Below the pieces are notes generated by a model. It was not told the DNA's origin, made no database searches, and saw only the letters and a program-made list of their open reading frames with translations. Positions 27,278 to 36,210 of a stretch of DNA of 64,000 bases are shown here, in pieces. The stretch spans positions 2,432,001-2,496,000 of the forward strand of contig CBDCOH010000002.1 of NCBI GenBank assembly GCA_965219685.1, given 5' to 3'. This DNA comes from Candidatus Spongiisociaceae bacterium (GTDB taxonomy: Bacteria; Actinomycetota; Acidimicrobiia; Spongiisociales; Spongiisociaceae). Numbering within the stretch: position 1 is the first letter of the stretch; the number at the start of each line of letters is the position of its first letter. A program made the translations under genes and the position numbers.

Positions 27278-27308
27278 GTGTTTGGTATTAGGTGTTAGGT
27301 GTTGGGCG
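27274..27308 (+). repeat. G/T-rich heptamer array (TTAGGTG-type) x5
   Basis: TTAGGTG TTTGGTA TTAGGTG TTAGGTG TTGGGCG; begins at the topA stop codon. Confidence 0.8.
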
Positions 27309-27330
27309 GCTTCTACCACGTTGTAATATG

Positions 27331-27400
27331 TCACCATTCACCATTCACCATTCACCATTCACCATTCACCATTCACCACTCACCACTCACCACTCACCAC
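27331..27400 (-). repeat. Heptamer array (TCACCAT)6(TCACCAC)4
   Basis: Ten tandem units directly after the stop codon of 27403-28578. Confidence 0.95.
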
Positions 27401-27402
27401 TC

Positions 27403-28578
27403 CTAACCCCCAGCCACCATCAAACGCCACAGATTCCTTCCCCTCCTCGCGCGGGCGCCCGCCCCCATCGCTAGCACTACCAGACCGACTGCCGCCCCTA
27501 CGGAGGGGAACAGAAGGATGAGCAACTCCAAGGGAAGCAGCGGCAGGACGAATGCTCCGTAGACACCCAACCGGTTACGGCTCGCGAAGCGCCCCAGGAA
27601 GACCAGGACGGGTAGCGGCGCCGTCGCTATCAGTAACAGCAGGGCCACCAGCAGCACCGGGATCGCCGCCAGGCCGACAAGCGTCAGACCCGCCGCCATC
27701 CTCGGCGATCCCCAAACCACCCCCGCGATCGGAACGGCGACCGGTAGAGCCAGCATGGCCAGGCGGACCAGACCTATGCCGAAACATTTGACCGGGTGGC
27801 TCCGCAGGTTGGCGACCGAACGTTCCAACTGCTCGGGGGCATACCAGATCCGGAGAAGACCGTAGGCGAGTAGAAGCAGGAACGCGACGACTCCGTACAT
27901 CAGGGCGCCAGCTTTGAAGCGGAAGTCGGGAGCCAGGGGAAGCCGCCGAACCGCGGTGCCGCCGATGACGGCCTCCGGGTGGACGGTCGCCGCTCGGGCG
28001 CTGCGGTAGCCGAGATCCTCTACAACGTGCGCACCGTCGAGAACCACCATGCTCCCGACGGTCATCTCCACATCCCTTCCGACCGTCCCGGAGATGACCG
28101 TACGGCCGAAGGTGCGCCCTCCCATGTCGTGACCTACGTCGCCGCCCATGATCAGCGATCGGGACCAGACGAGGCTATCCACGCCGATCGACCCTCCGAG
28201 GTAGACATCACGCCCCAGCCCGACCACATCGCGCCCCACCTCGCCGCCAATGTCGAGGTCGACACCCACCAGCCGGACCGATCCGGTCACCACACCGGTG
28301 ACGCTGGCGGTGGTGGCGACCCCGATGATGTCGCCCTCCACCCGGCCCGACACGTCCAGATGCTCCCCTGCCAGGACGACGAGATCCCCCTCGATCGTCC
28401 CCGCCATCCTCACGACAGACGCCGCCACGTAGAGGCTCTCCTCCACCACCTCCCCCTCGCGGATCAGGAAGATGCCGGCCGACGCTGTCCGGAGGGCTTG
28501 CGGTGCGTCGGCGGCGACGAGGAGAACCATCGCCAAACCCAGTCCGACAAGACCGGCAAGGCGCTTGGGCTCAACCAC
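27403..28578 (-). CDS. Membrane protein with bactofilin-like (polymer-forming) beta-helix repeats
   Basis: Signal-like N-terminus; repeated [IV]xGxVxGD/RD units; C-terminal multi-TM region; overlaps the nuoN stop codon. Confidence 0.7.
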   Translation of the reverse strand: MVEPKRLAGLVGLGLAMVLLVAADAPQALRTASAGIFLIREGEVVEESLYVAASVVRMAGTIEGDLVVLAGEHLDVSGRVEGDIIGVATTASVTGVVTGSVRLVGVDLDIGGEVGRDVVGLGRDVYLGGSIGVDSLVWSRSLIMGGDVGHDMGGRTFGRTVISGTVGRDVEMTVGSMVVLDGAHVVEDLGYRSARAATVHPEAVIGGTAVRRLPLAPDFRFKAGALMYGVVAFLLLLAYGLLRIWYAPEQLERSVANLRSHPVKCFGIGLVRLAMLALPVAVPIAGVVWGSPRMAAGLTLVGLAAIPVLLVALLLLIATAPLPVLVFLGRFASRNRLGVYGAFVLPLLPLELLILLFPSVGAAVGLVVLAMGAGARARRGRNLWRLMVAGG

Positions 28579-30013
28579 CAGCCCGGGTCAGCAAGTCCAT
28601 GAGCGGACCGGGAAAGACCCCGAACGCGATCGTGATGGCGGTCGAGGCGAGCAGTACGCCCCGTACGTGCAAGGCGGGAGACACCTCGGCCCCGCTCCCG
28701 TCGCCGGAACGGAAGTACATCAGCACCACCAGGCGAAGGTAGAAGAAGAAAGCGGCCACCGACGAGAGCAGACCGACGATCACCAGCCACCCGTACCCTC
28801 CGTCCCATGCCGCGCTGAACACCTGGAACTTGCCGATGAAACCGGTGGTGAGGGGCATCCCGGACATGGCGATCATCAGGGTGGCCAGCACGGCTGCCAC
28901 GACCGGGGACCGGCTGCCCAGACCTCGGTAGTCGTCGAACGCGCTGCCGGACGAGGCGGGACCGCTCACCGCGGTAACAGCTGCGAAGGCCCCGACAAGC
29001 ATCACAGAGTAGGTGGCCAGATAGAACAGCACGCCATCGGTCCCGGCCAGGCCGGCCGTGATCCCGGTGAGTATGAAACCTGCGTGCGCCACACCCGAGT
29101 AGGCCAGCATGCGCCGGACGTCGGACTGCTGGATCGCCAGCAGGGTCCCGAACACCACCGAGACAGCTGCGAGCACCGCCAAGCCGTCCGCCCATGCCCT
29201 CTGGTACCTGTCGAAGCCGATGATCAGGATGTTGATGAGGGCCGCGAACCCGCCCACCTTGGCCGCGGCCGCCATGAAACCTACGACGCCGGCCGGCGCC
29301 CCTTGGTAGACATCCGGCGCCCAGGAGTGGAACGGAGCAGCCGTGACCTTGAATCCCATCCCGACAACCAGCAACGCCATGCCTATCAGGAGCACCGCCG
29401 GGCGCGCCACGTGGTAGGCGCCCAGCACACCGCCTGTCTCCACCAGGTTGGTGGTTCCGGTTCCCGCATAGGCAAGCGCGCCACCGTAGATGAAGATCGC
29501 GGATGCGAAGGCCCCCAGGAGGAAGTACTTCATGGCCGCCTCGTCACCTGCAGTGGAGTTGCGCACTATCCCGGCCAGCACGTAGAGGGCTATGGAACCG
29601 ACCTCCAGCGCCACGAACACCATGACGAGGTCCGCCGACGCCCCCATCAGCATGAAACCGGCGGTCGAGACGAGGACCAGGCTGATGCCCTCAGCCATCC
29701 TGCGCCCGAGCCCGACGAGCATCTCCCAGGCGGTGACCGTGCCCAGCACGGCCACGACCAGCAGCACGATACGGGCGGACACGGAGAGGTTGTGCAGGAA
29801 GAGGGTCCCTCCGAAGGAGGTTCCCACACCGTCGATCCCGACCCGGTGCCATTGCCCTCCGATCGCCACAGCCACTGCCACGAACGTGACCGCGGCGATC
29901 CACCCGTGCACTCGTGGCCGCGGGTGGACGAACACATCCACCATGAGTACCGCCACCGCCCCCACCAGCAGGAGGAGTTCGGGAGCGATGGCGAGGTACG
30001 AGACGTCTATCAC
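28571..30013 (-). CDS. nuoN: NADH-quinone oxidoreductase subunit N
   Basis: EAAMKYFLLGAFAS, GFKVTAAPFHSWAPDVYQGAP, RRMLAYS; GTG start overlaps the nuoM stop. Confidence 0.95.
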   Translation of the reverse strand: MIDVSYLAIAPELLLLVGAVAVLMVDVFVHPRPRVHGWIAAVTFVAVAVAIGGQWHRVGIDGVGTSFGGTLFLHNLSVSARIVLLVVAVLGTVTAWEMLVGLGRRMAEGISLVLVSTAGFMLMGASADLVMVFVALEVGSIALYVLAGIVRNSTAGDEAAMKYFLLGAFASAIFIYGGALAYAGTGTTNLVETGGVLGAYHVARPAVLLIGMALLVVGMGFKVTAAPFHSWAPDVYQGAPAGVVGFMAAAAKVGGFAALINILIIGFDRYQRAWADGLAVLAAVSVVFGTLLAIQQSDVRRMLAYSGVAHAGFILTGITAGLAGTDGVLFYLATYSVMLVGAFAAVTAVSGPASSGSAFDDYRGLGSRSPVVAAVLATLMIAMSGMPLTTGFIGKFQVFSAAWDGGYGWLVIVGLLSSVAAFFFYLRLVVLMYFRSGDGSGAEVSPALHVRGVLLASTAITIAFGVFPGPLMDLLTRAGG

Positions 30014-31554
30014 TCGCCGCCTCCGGAGAGGATCAACCCGGGTCCGCCGGGGTCGGGCGCTTCGTAGCCGGTGGTGGCTTCGATCCTGGCAAGCACCGCG
30101 TCGGTGGACGGCCCGATCACGTCCAGCGCCACCTTCGGGTATACCCCGAGCAGGATGATCAGGGCCACCAGTGGGACGAACACCAGAGTCTCGCCGATCG
30201 AGAGATCCGCCACCCCGTGGTTGGCGGGATCGGTCGGCTTCCCGGTGAAGACCCGCTCGTACGCCCACAGGAGATAGACCGCGGCGAGGATCACGCCGAC
30301 CGCGGCGATGACCGTGTAGACCGGCAGGGTGGGGTAACTACCCATCAGGATGAGGAACTCTCCGACGAAGCCGTTGAGGCCGGGAAGGCCGATGGAGGCG
30401 AAGGCTATGAACAGGAACATCCCCGCGAACACCGGCATCGACGAGGCCAGTCCTCCGAAGTCGGCGATCAGCTTGGTGTGGCGGCGCTCGTAGATGATCC
30501 CCACCAGGAGGAACAGAGCGCCCGTGGTGAGCCCGTGGTTGATCATCTGCACGACTCCGCCCTGGAGGCTCTGGGAGGTCAGGGCGAAGGTGCCGAGCAC
30601 GATGAAGCCCAAGTGGCTGACCGATGAGTAGGCGACCAGTTTCTTCAGATCGGGCTGGACGATCGCCACCACCGCCCCGTAGATCACCCCCACCACGGCC
30701 AGGGTGGCCAGCAGGGGGACGAAGTCGAGCGTGGCTTCGGGGAACAGCGGCAGGTTGAAGCGGAGCAGCCCGTAGGTGCCGAGCTTCAGCAACACCCCCG
30801 CCAGGAGGACCGAGCCCGCAGTGGGCGCCTCGACGTGGGCGTCGGGCAGCCAGGTGTGGAACGGGAAGACGGGCACCTTGATGGCGAAGGCCAGGGCGAA
30901 AGCCCCGAACAGCCATCTCTGCGTTGTGACGCCCAGATCGAGATCGAGCATCGCCAGGTACGAGAATCCGAACTCGCCGGTCTGGTCCCTATGGATGAAT
31001 GCCAGCGCGATGATGCCGGCCAGCATCAACGCCGAACCGAACGCCGTGTAGAGGAAGAACTTGATCGCCGCGTAGATGCGGTTCTCGCTTCCCCATATGC
31101 CGATGATGAAGGCCATGGGGATCAGGATCACCTCGAAGAACACGAAGAAGAGGAACAGGTCGAGCGAGAGGAACACCCCGATGAGGCCGGCTTCGAGGAG
31201 CAGGTTCATAGCCACGAAGAGCCTCACCCTGTGATCCACGCCCATGGATGCCCCGAGGGCCACCGGAACCAGCACGGTGGTGAGCACCACGAGCAGGAGG
31301 GATATGCCGTCCACGCCCAGATGCCAGGCCACGCCGAGTTGTTCGATCCAGACCACCCGCTCGACGAACTGGAATCCGGCCCGGCCCCGCTCGAACTCGA
31401 GGAACAGGACCCCGGCCGGCGCAACCGGTAGAAGGCTCAGGATCACCCCCAACGGGCGAACCAACTCGCGACGCCGCTCGGGGATCAGCATGACCACCAC
31501 CGCCGCCAGCGCGGGAACCAGGATCAGTGCGCTGAGCGTCGAGAAGCCGCTCAT
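30010..31554 (-). CDS. nuoM: NADH-quinone oxidoreductase subunit M
   Basis: LGVDGIS, KVPVFPFHTWLPDAHVEAPT, KKLVAYSSVSH, GLPGLNGFVGE. Confidence 0.96.
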   Translation of the reverse strand: MSGFSTLSALILVPALAAVVVMLIPERRRELVRPLGVILSLLPVAPAGVLFLEFERGRAGFQFVERVVWIEQLGVAWHLGVDGISLLLVVLTTVLVPVALGASMGVDHRVRLFVAMNLLLEAGLIGVFLSLDLFLFFVFFEVILIPMAFIIGIWGSENRIYAAIKFFLYTAFGSALMLAGIIALAFIHRDQTGEFGFSYLAMLDLDLGVTTQRWLFGAFALAFAIKVPVFPFHTWLPDAHVEAPTAGSVLLAGVLLKLGTYGLLRFNLPLFPEATLDFVPLLATLAVVGVIYGAVVAIVQPDLKKLVAYSSVSHLGFIVLGTFALTSQSLQGGVVQMINHGLTTGALFLLVGIIYERRHTKLIADFGGLASSMPVFAGMFLFIAFASIGLPGLNGFVGEFLILMGSYPTLPVYTVIAAVGVILAAVYLLWAYERVFTGKPTDPANHGVADLSIGETLVFVPLVALIILLGVYPKVALDVIGPSTDAVLARIEATTGYEAPDPGGPGLILSGGGE

Positions 31555-31596
31555 GGTCCACCGGTCCACACGGTGCGATCCCTACGGGTGCCCATC

Positions 31597-33498
31597 TCAA
31601 AGACCCCGGGCGACTATCCAGGCCACGATCCCGACCGCGCCCGCCGCCAGCACCGCACCGTACGACCGCACGAATCCTGACTGCAGGGGGCGTAGCCGCC
31701 GGCCCAGTCGCCGGACGGCCGCCCCGACCCCGTTCACGAGACCGTCGATGGTTCTCTGATCGACGGCCCCTGCGCTCCACAGGGCGATCCTCATACCCGG
31801 CTTGACGATCAGGGTGCCGTAGACATCGTCCACCCAGTAACCGTTCTCCCACGCCATGAGCGGTCGCCGCACCTTGCCCAGGAGGCGCTCCCGTGTCTCC
31901 TCGGAGGCATGGCGATAGAGAAGGAAGGCGATGGCGATGCCCACCACCCCGGCGGCGACCGAGACCAGGGCCAGCGCGCCGAGCAGGAACCCGTCCTCCG
32001 GCGCATGGGCCAGGTAGACACCTTCGAAGGCCGGTTCGAGGAAGTGCTCGAAGCTGAGCCGGAACGGGGTGTTGACAAATCCGATCAGCACGGTGAGCAC
32101 CCCCAGGACGACCAGCGGACCGGTCATGATCTTGGGAGACTCGTGCGGATGTACTCCGTCGTCCCAGCGAGCCTTCCCGTCGAATACCAGGAAGTACTGG
32201 CGAGCCATGTAGAAGGCGGTCAGCAGCGCGGTCAGCAGCCCGATCCCCCAGAGGAGGGTGTAGTACCCGCCCTTGGCGAACAGGACGGCCAGTATCTCGT
32301 CCTTGGACCAGAACCCGGCCAGGGGTGGGATGCCCGCTATCGAGAGGGTCGCCACCAGCATCGTCGCATGGGTGACGGGCATCTTGGACCGCAACCCTCC
32401 CATCCGGGTCATGTCCTGCTCATCAGCCAGGGCGTGGATGACCGAGCCCGCCCCGAGAAACAGCAGCGCCTTGAAGACGGCATGGGTGACCAGGTGGAAC
32501 AGGCCGGCCACGTAGCCGCCGATCCCCACAGCCATGAACATGTAACCGAGTTGGCTGATCGTCGAGTAGGCCAGCACCCGCTTGATGTCCCGCTGAGCGA
32601 TGGCGATGGTGGCGGCGAGGAGAGCGGTCAGCGCGCCCACCGTCGCGACTACCCCGCCGGCCACATCCGAGAGCCCGTAGATGGCGCCGGTCCGGGCAAC
32701 CATGTAGACACCGGCGGTGACCATGGTGGCGGCGTGGATCAGCGCGGACACGGGTGTGGGGCCCTCCATGGCGTCGGGCAGCCAGACGTAGAGCGGGAGC
32801 TGAGCCGACTTGCCCGCTGCGCCGACCAGCAGCAGCAGCCCGATGGCGGTGGCGGTGGTCGCTCCGATCACCTGTCCCGGTTCGTGCAGCACCTCCGTGT
32901 AGGAGAGGGTTCCGAACGAGGTGAACACCAGCATCAGCGCCACCATGAAACCGAAGTCGCCGATCCGGTTGACTACGAACGCCTTCTTTCCGGCCGCGGC
33001 GGCCTCGGGACGCGTGTACCAGAAGGATATGAGCAGGTACGAGCAGAGTCCCACCAACTCCCAACCGACGAACAGCAGGGCGAAGTTGTTGGCCAGCACC
33101 AGGATCAGCATCGACGCGATGAACAGGTTGAGGTACGTGAAGAACCGGCTGAACCGCGGGTCGCCGTGCATGTAACCCACCGCGTAGATGTGGATGAGGG
33201 CGCCCACCCCGGTCACCACGAGCGTCATCGTGGCCGACAGGGGATCCCAGAGCAGCTCCGCCGTGGCGCCGAGTCCCGGCATCCAGTCGAAGAGGTGGAC
33301 GACGGTGATCGCCTCTGCGGAGGCGCTCTCCGAGAGGAAGAAGTGGCGGGCGGCCACCGCTGCGTACGCGAAGGCGCCGACCACCGCCAGCACCGCGGGT
33401 CCGGCCGCACGCGGTTCGCCCATTCGACGACCGGCGAAGTGGTTGAGGAGGGCCGCCGCCAGAGGAAGGGCGATGACGATCCAGAGATAGTCGGTCAC
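31597..33498 (-). CDS. nuoL: NADH-quinone oxidoreductase subunit L
   Basis: GKSAQLPLYVWLPDAMEGPTPVSALIHAATMV, DIKRVLAYST. Confidence 0.97.
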   Translation of the reverse strand: MTDYLWIVIALPLAAALLNHFAGRRMGEPRAAGPAVLAVVGAFAYAAVAARHFFLSESASAEAITVVHLFDWMPGLGATAELLWDPLSATMTLVVTGVGALIHIYAVGYMHGDPRFSRFFTYLNLFIASMLILVLANNFALLFVGWELVGLCSYLLISFWYTRPEAAAAGKKAFVVNRIGDFGFMVALMLVFTSFGTLSYTEVLHEPGQVIGATTATAIGLLLLVGAAGKSAQLPLYVWLPDAMEGPTPVSALIHAATMVTAGVYMVARTGAIYGLSDVAGGVVATVGALTALLAATIAIAQRDIKRVLAYSTISQLGYMFMAVGIGGYVAGLFHLVTHAVFKALLFLGAGSVIHALADEQDMTRMGGLRSKMPVTHATMLVATLSIAGIPPLAGFWSKDEILAVLFAKGGYYTLLWGIGLLTALLTAFYMARQYFLVFDGKARWDDGVHPHESPKIMTGPLVVLGVLTVLIGFVNTPFRLSFEHFLEPAFEGVYLAHAPEDGFLLGALALVSVAAGVVGIAIAFLLYRHASEETRERLLGKVRRPLMAWENGYWVDDVYGTLIVKPGMRIALWSAGAVDQRTIDGLVNGVGAAVRRLGRRLRPLQSGFVRSYGAVLAAGAVGIVAWIVARGL

Positions 33499-33565
33499 GC
33501 CATGTCCTCGAGCGGGGAACCGTCCGTCGGACGTGACCCCGCGCGGGTCACGAGGATGTCCACCC

Positions 33566-33871
33566 TCATCCCGACAGCTCCGACAGGTCGTCCACGGAGG
33601 CCGTCTGGCGGGAACGGAAGATCGACACGATGATCGCCAGGCCCACCGCTACCTCGGCCGCCGCCACCACCAGCACGAACAGCACCGCCATCTGCCCGCC
33701 GATGTCACCGTGGGCGCGGGCTGCCGCCACGAACGTCAGGTTCACCGCGTTGAGCATCAACTCCACCGACATGAACATCACCAGGGCGTTGTTCCGCAGG
33801 AGCAATCCGGCCGCGCCCACCAGGAAGAGGACCGCCGCCAGGGTCATGTACCAGTCCGCCGTTACGATCAC
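33566..33871 (-). CDS. nuoK: NADH-quinone oxidoreductase subunit K
   Basis: [12 protein letters not shown]...[11 protein letters not shown] at the end of the long ORF; GTGA overlap with nuoJ. Confidence 0.93.
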   Translation of the reverse strand: MIVTADWYMTLAAVLFLVGAAGLLLRNNALVMFMSVELMLNAVNLTFVAAARAHGDIGGQMAVLFVLVVAAAEVAVGLAIIVSIFRSRQTASVDDLSELSG

Positions 33872-34464
33872 GTCGAGCGCTGTCCCCGGTCGGGGCCGCC
33901 GCCGGCCGCGTCCTCCCCGTCCTTGCGACGCGGGCGATAGAAGGCGAGGGATATGGCTCCCACCGCCGCCACGACCAGCAGAAGCGAGGTCGCTTCGAAG
34001 GGCAGCAGCCATCGAGAGGCCCGCTGCCCGGCCGCCGAATCGGCGGAGATGAGGTTGGAACCGATCTCCTCCACCGTCCCCCGGACTTCGGCTGCCTCCC
34101 CCGATGTGATCACCCAGTCGAAACGGTCCGTCACCACCAGGACTCCGGCCAGGACCACCACGCCGACGAGGACCACCAGCGCGACGGGGCGCTGGACGAC
34201 CAGCTTCTCCGTCAGGCGTTCGGCGCGGTCGACGCCCACGAACATGATGACGAACAGGAACAGTGTTATCACGGCCCCGGCGTAGACGATCACCTGCACG
34301 GCCGCCACGAAGTGGGCCAGGTGGACCACGTAGAACACGGCCAGGGCGAACAGTGTCGCCATGAGTCCCATCGCTCCGTATACCGGGTTCCGGGCTCTGA
34401 CCACCGCGATCGCGCCGCCCAGGGTCACCGCCCCCATGAGGATGAAGACGACCAACTCGACCAT
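33868..34464 (-). CDS. nuoJ: NADH-quinone oxidoreductase subunit J
   Basis: [27 protein letters not shown]. Confidence 0.94.
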   Translation of the reverse strand: MVELVVFILMGAVTLGGAIAVVRARNPVYGAMGLMATLFALAVFYVVHLAHFVAAVQVIVYAGAVITLFLFVIMFVGVDRAERLTEKLVVQRPVALVVLVGVVVLAGVLVVTDRFDWVITSGEAAEVRGTVEEIGSNLISADSAAGQRASRWLLPFEATSLLLVVAAVGAISLAFYRPRRKDGEDAAGGGPDRGQRST

Positions 34465-35123
34465 CAGCCGTCGTCCTCACTCGAAGGCTGTTCGGTCTCC
34501 GCGGCCTCCGACTGGCCGACCTCCGGGGGTCGTACCCCCACACCGGCAGATCCGGACCAGGCGACCGAGCCCTCGTAGGCCGCCCGCCCCTGGGGCGCGG
34601 TGGCCCGCATCCATCCGTCGGCATCGGCCAACTCCTCGAAGTCGGCGAACCGGTCTGCCTCGAACATATGGTTGGGCCGACCGTCCTCGTCGACCAGCAA
34701 CTCCGTCTTCGTGTAGATGGCGTCCGACCGGTTGGTGGTGGACATCTCGAACAGGCGGGTGTGCGTGATGGCCTCGGTGGGGCAGGCCTCGACGCACAGC
34801 CCGCAGAAGATGCACCTCAGCATGTTGATCTCGTAGACGAACCCGTAGCGCTCCCCGGGGCTGACCGGGTCGTCGATCGGGTTGTCCGCGCCCCGCACGT
34901 AGATGCAACTGGCCGGGCACGCGCCGGCACAGAGCTCGCAGCCGATGCACTTCTCCATGCCGTCCTCGTAGCGGTTGAGCACATGGCGGCCGTGGAAGCG
35001 CTGGGGCTTCTCCCGCATCACCTTCGGGTACTTGGTGGTGACCAGACCCTTCCCGAACACGGTCGCGACGAACTGCCGCCCGGTTACCGCCATGCCCTTG
35101 ATGAACGCTTCTACAGGTCCCAT
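34464..35123 (-). CDS. nuoI: NADH-quinone oxidoreductase subunit I
   Basis: Two ferredoxin motifs: [12 protein letters not shown] and [12 protein letters not shown]. Confidence 0.96.
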   Translation of the reverse strand: MGPVEAFIKGMAVTGRQFVATVFGKGLVTTKYPKVMREKPQRFHGRHVLNRYEDGMEKCIGCELCAGACPASCIYVRGADNPIDDPVSPGERYGFVYEINMLRCIFCGLCVEACPTEAITHTRLFEMSTTNRSDAIYTKTELLVDEDGRPNHMFEADRFADFEELADADGWMRATAPQGRAAYEGSVAWSGSAGVGVRPPEVGQSEAAETEQPSSEDDG

Positions 35124-35124
35124 A

Positions 35125-36210
35125 TCAACTCCACGGAAGGCCGAAATTGCGGAAGGCCAGCGCCCCACCGATGCAGAACAGCCAGACCAGGGACGCGGGA
35201 ATCAACCGCTTCCACCCGAGGGTCATAAGTTGGTCGTAGCGGAGCCGGGGAAGCGTCGCCCTCAGCCATACGAACAGGAACAGGAACACCACCACCTTGA
35301 GGAAGAACCAGACGGTCGGGAGCAGCCCGCTGACCAGTACCGGAAGGGACCCGTCCCAGGTGGGCCCCGACCAGCCGCCCAGGAACAGCGTCACCGCCAG
35401 AGCCGACATGGTGAAGATGTTGATGTACTCGGCGAGGAAGAACAGGGCGAAACGGAGGCCCGAGTACTCGGTGTGGAACCCGCCCACGATCTCCTGTTCC
35501 GCCTCGACCAGATCGAACGGGGCCCGGTTGGTCTCCGCTACCGCAGCCACGAAGAAGATCAGGAAGGAGGGCGCCAGCACGAACAGGTTCCAAGCGGGCA
35601 GCCCGAATGCCTGCCCCAGGAAGGTGAGCGTCGAGGACTGGGCAGCCACGATCTCCGATATGCGCAGAGATCCCGTGTAGAGCACCACCGGGACCAGCGA
35701 AAGACCCATGGCCGCTTCGTAGGAGATCGCCTGGGCGGTCGCCCTGACCCCACCGAGGAGCGGGTACTTGGATCCGGAGGACCACCCTGCCAGCACCACG
35801 GCGTAGACGGCCACCGAGGACATGGCGAGGATGTAGAGCAGGCCTACGTTGAGGTCGGCGCCCTGGAGGGGCACCCGCCTCGTCTCTCCCCCGAGCGTTA
35901 TCTCGAAAGGCCGGCCGAACGGGACCACCATGAACATGAGGAAGGCGGGGATGGCGGCCAGCATGGGGGCGGCAAGGTAGAGACCCAACTCGACCTTGCG
36001 GGGCGTCACCTGCTCCTTGAAGAACAGCTTGAGACCGTCGGCCAGGGTCTGGAGGACCCCCCATGGCCCGGCCCGGTCCGGTCCCACGCGGTTCTGCATG
36101 TCGGCGACGATCTTCCGCTCGAACCAGATCAGCAGGATGGTCACCACCAGCAGCAGCGCGAAGACCACGATCACCCGTGCAACCACCAGAACGAGATCGA
36201 TCCAGTCCAT
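35125..36210 (-). CDS. nuoH: NADH-quinone oxidoreductase subunit H
   Basis: [48 protein letters not shown]. Confidence 0.97.
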   Translation of the reverse strand: MDWIDLVLVVARVIVVFALLLVVTILLIWFERKIVADMQNRVGPDRAGPWGVLQTLADGLKLFFKEQVTPRKVELGLYLAAPMLAAIPAFLMFMVVPFGRPFEITLGGETRRVPLQGADLNVGLLYILAMSSVAVYAVVLAGWSSGSKYPLLGGVRATAQAISYEAAMGLSLVPVVLYTGSLRISEIVAAQSSTLTFLGQAFGLPAWNLFVLAPSFLIFFVAAVAETNRAPFDLVEAEQEIVGGFHTEYSGLRFALFFLAEYINIFTMSALAVTLFLGGWSGPTWDGSLPVLVSGLLPTVWFFLKVVVFLFLFVWLRATLPRLRYDQLMTLGWKRLIPASLVWLFCIGGALAFRNFGLPWS

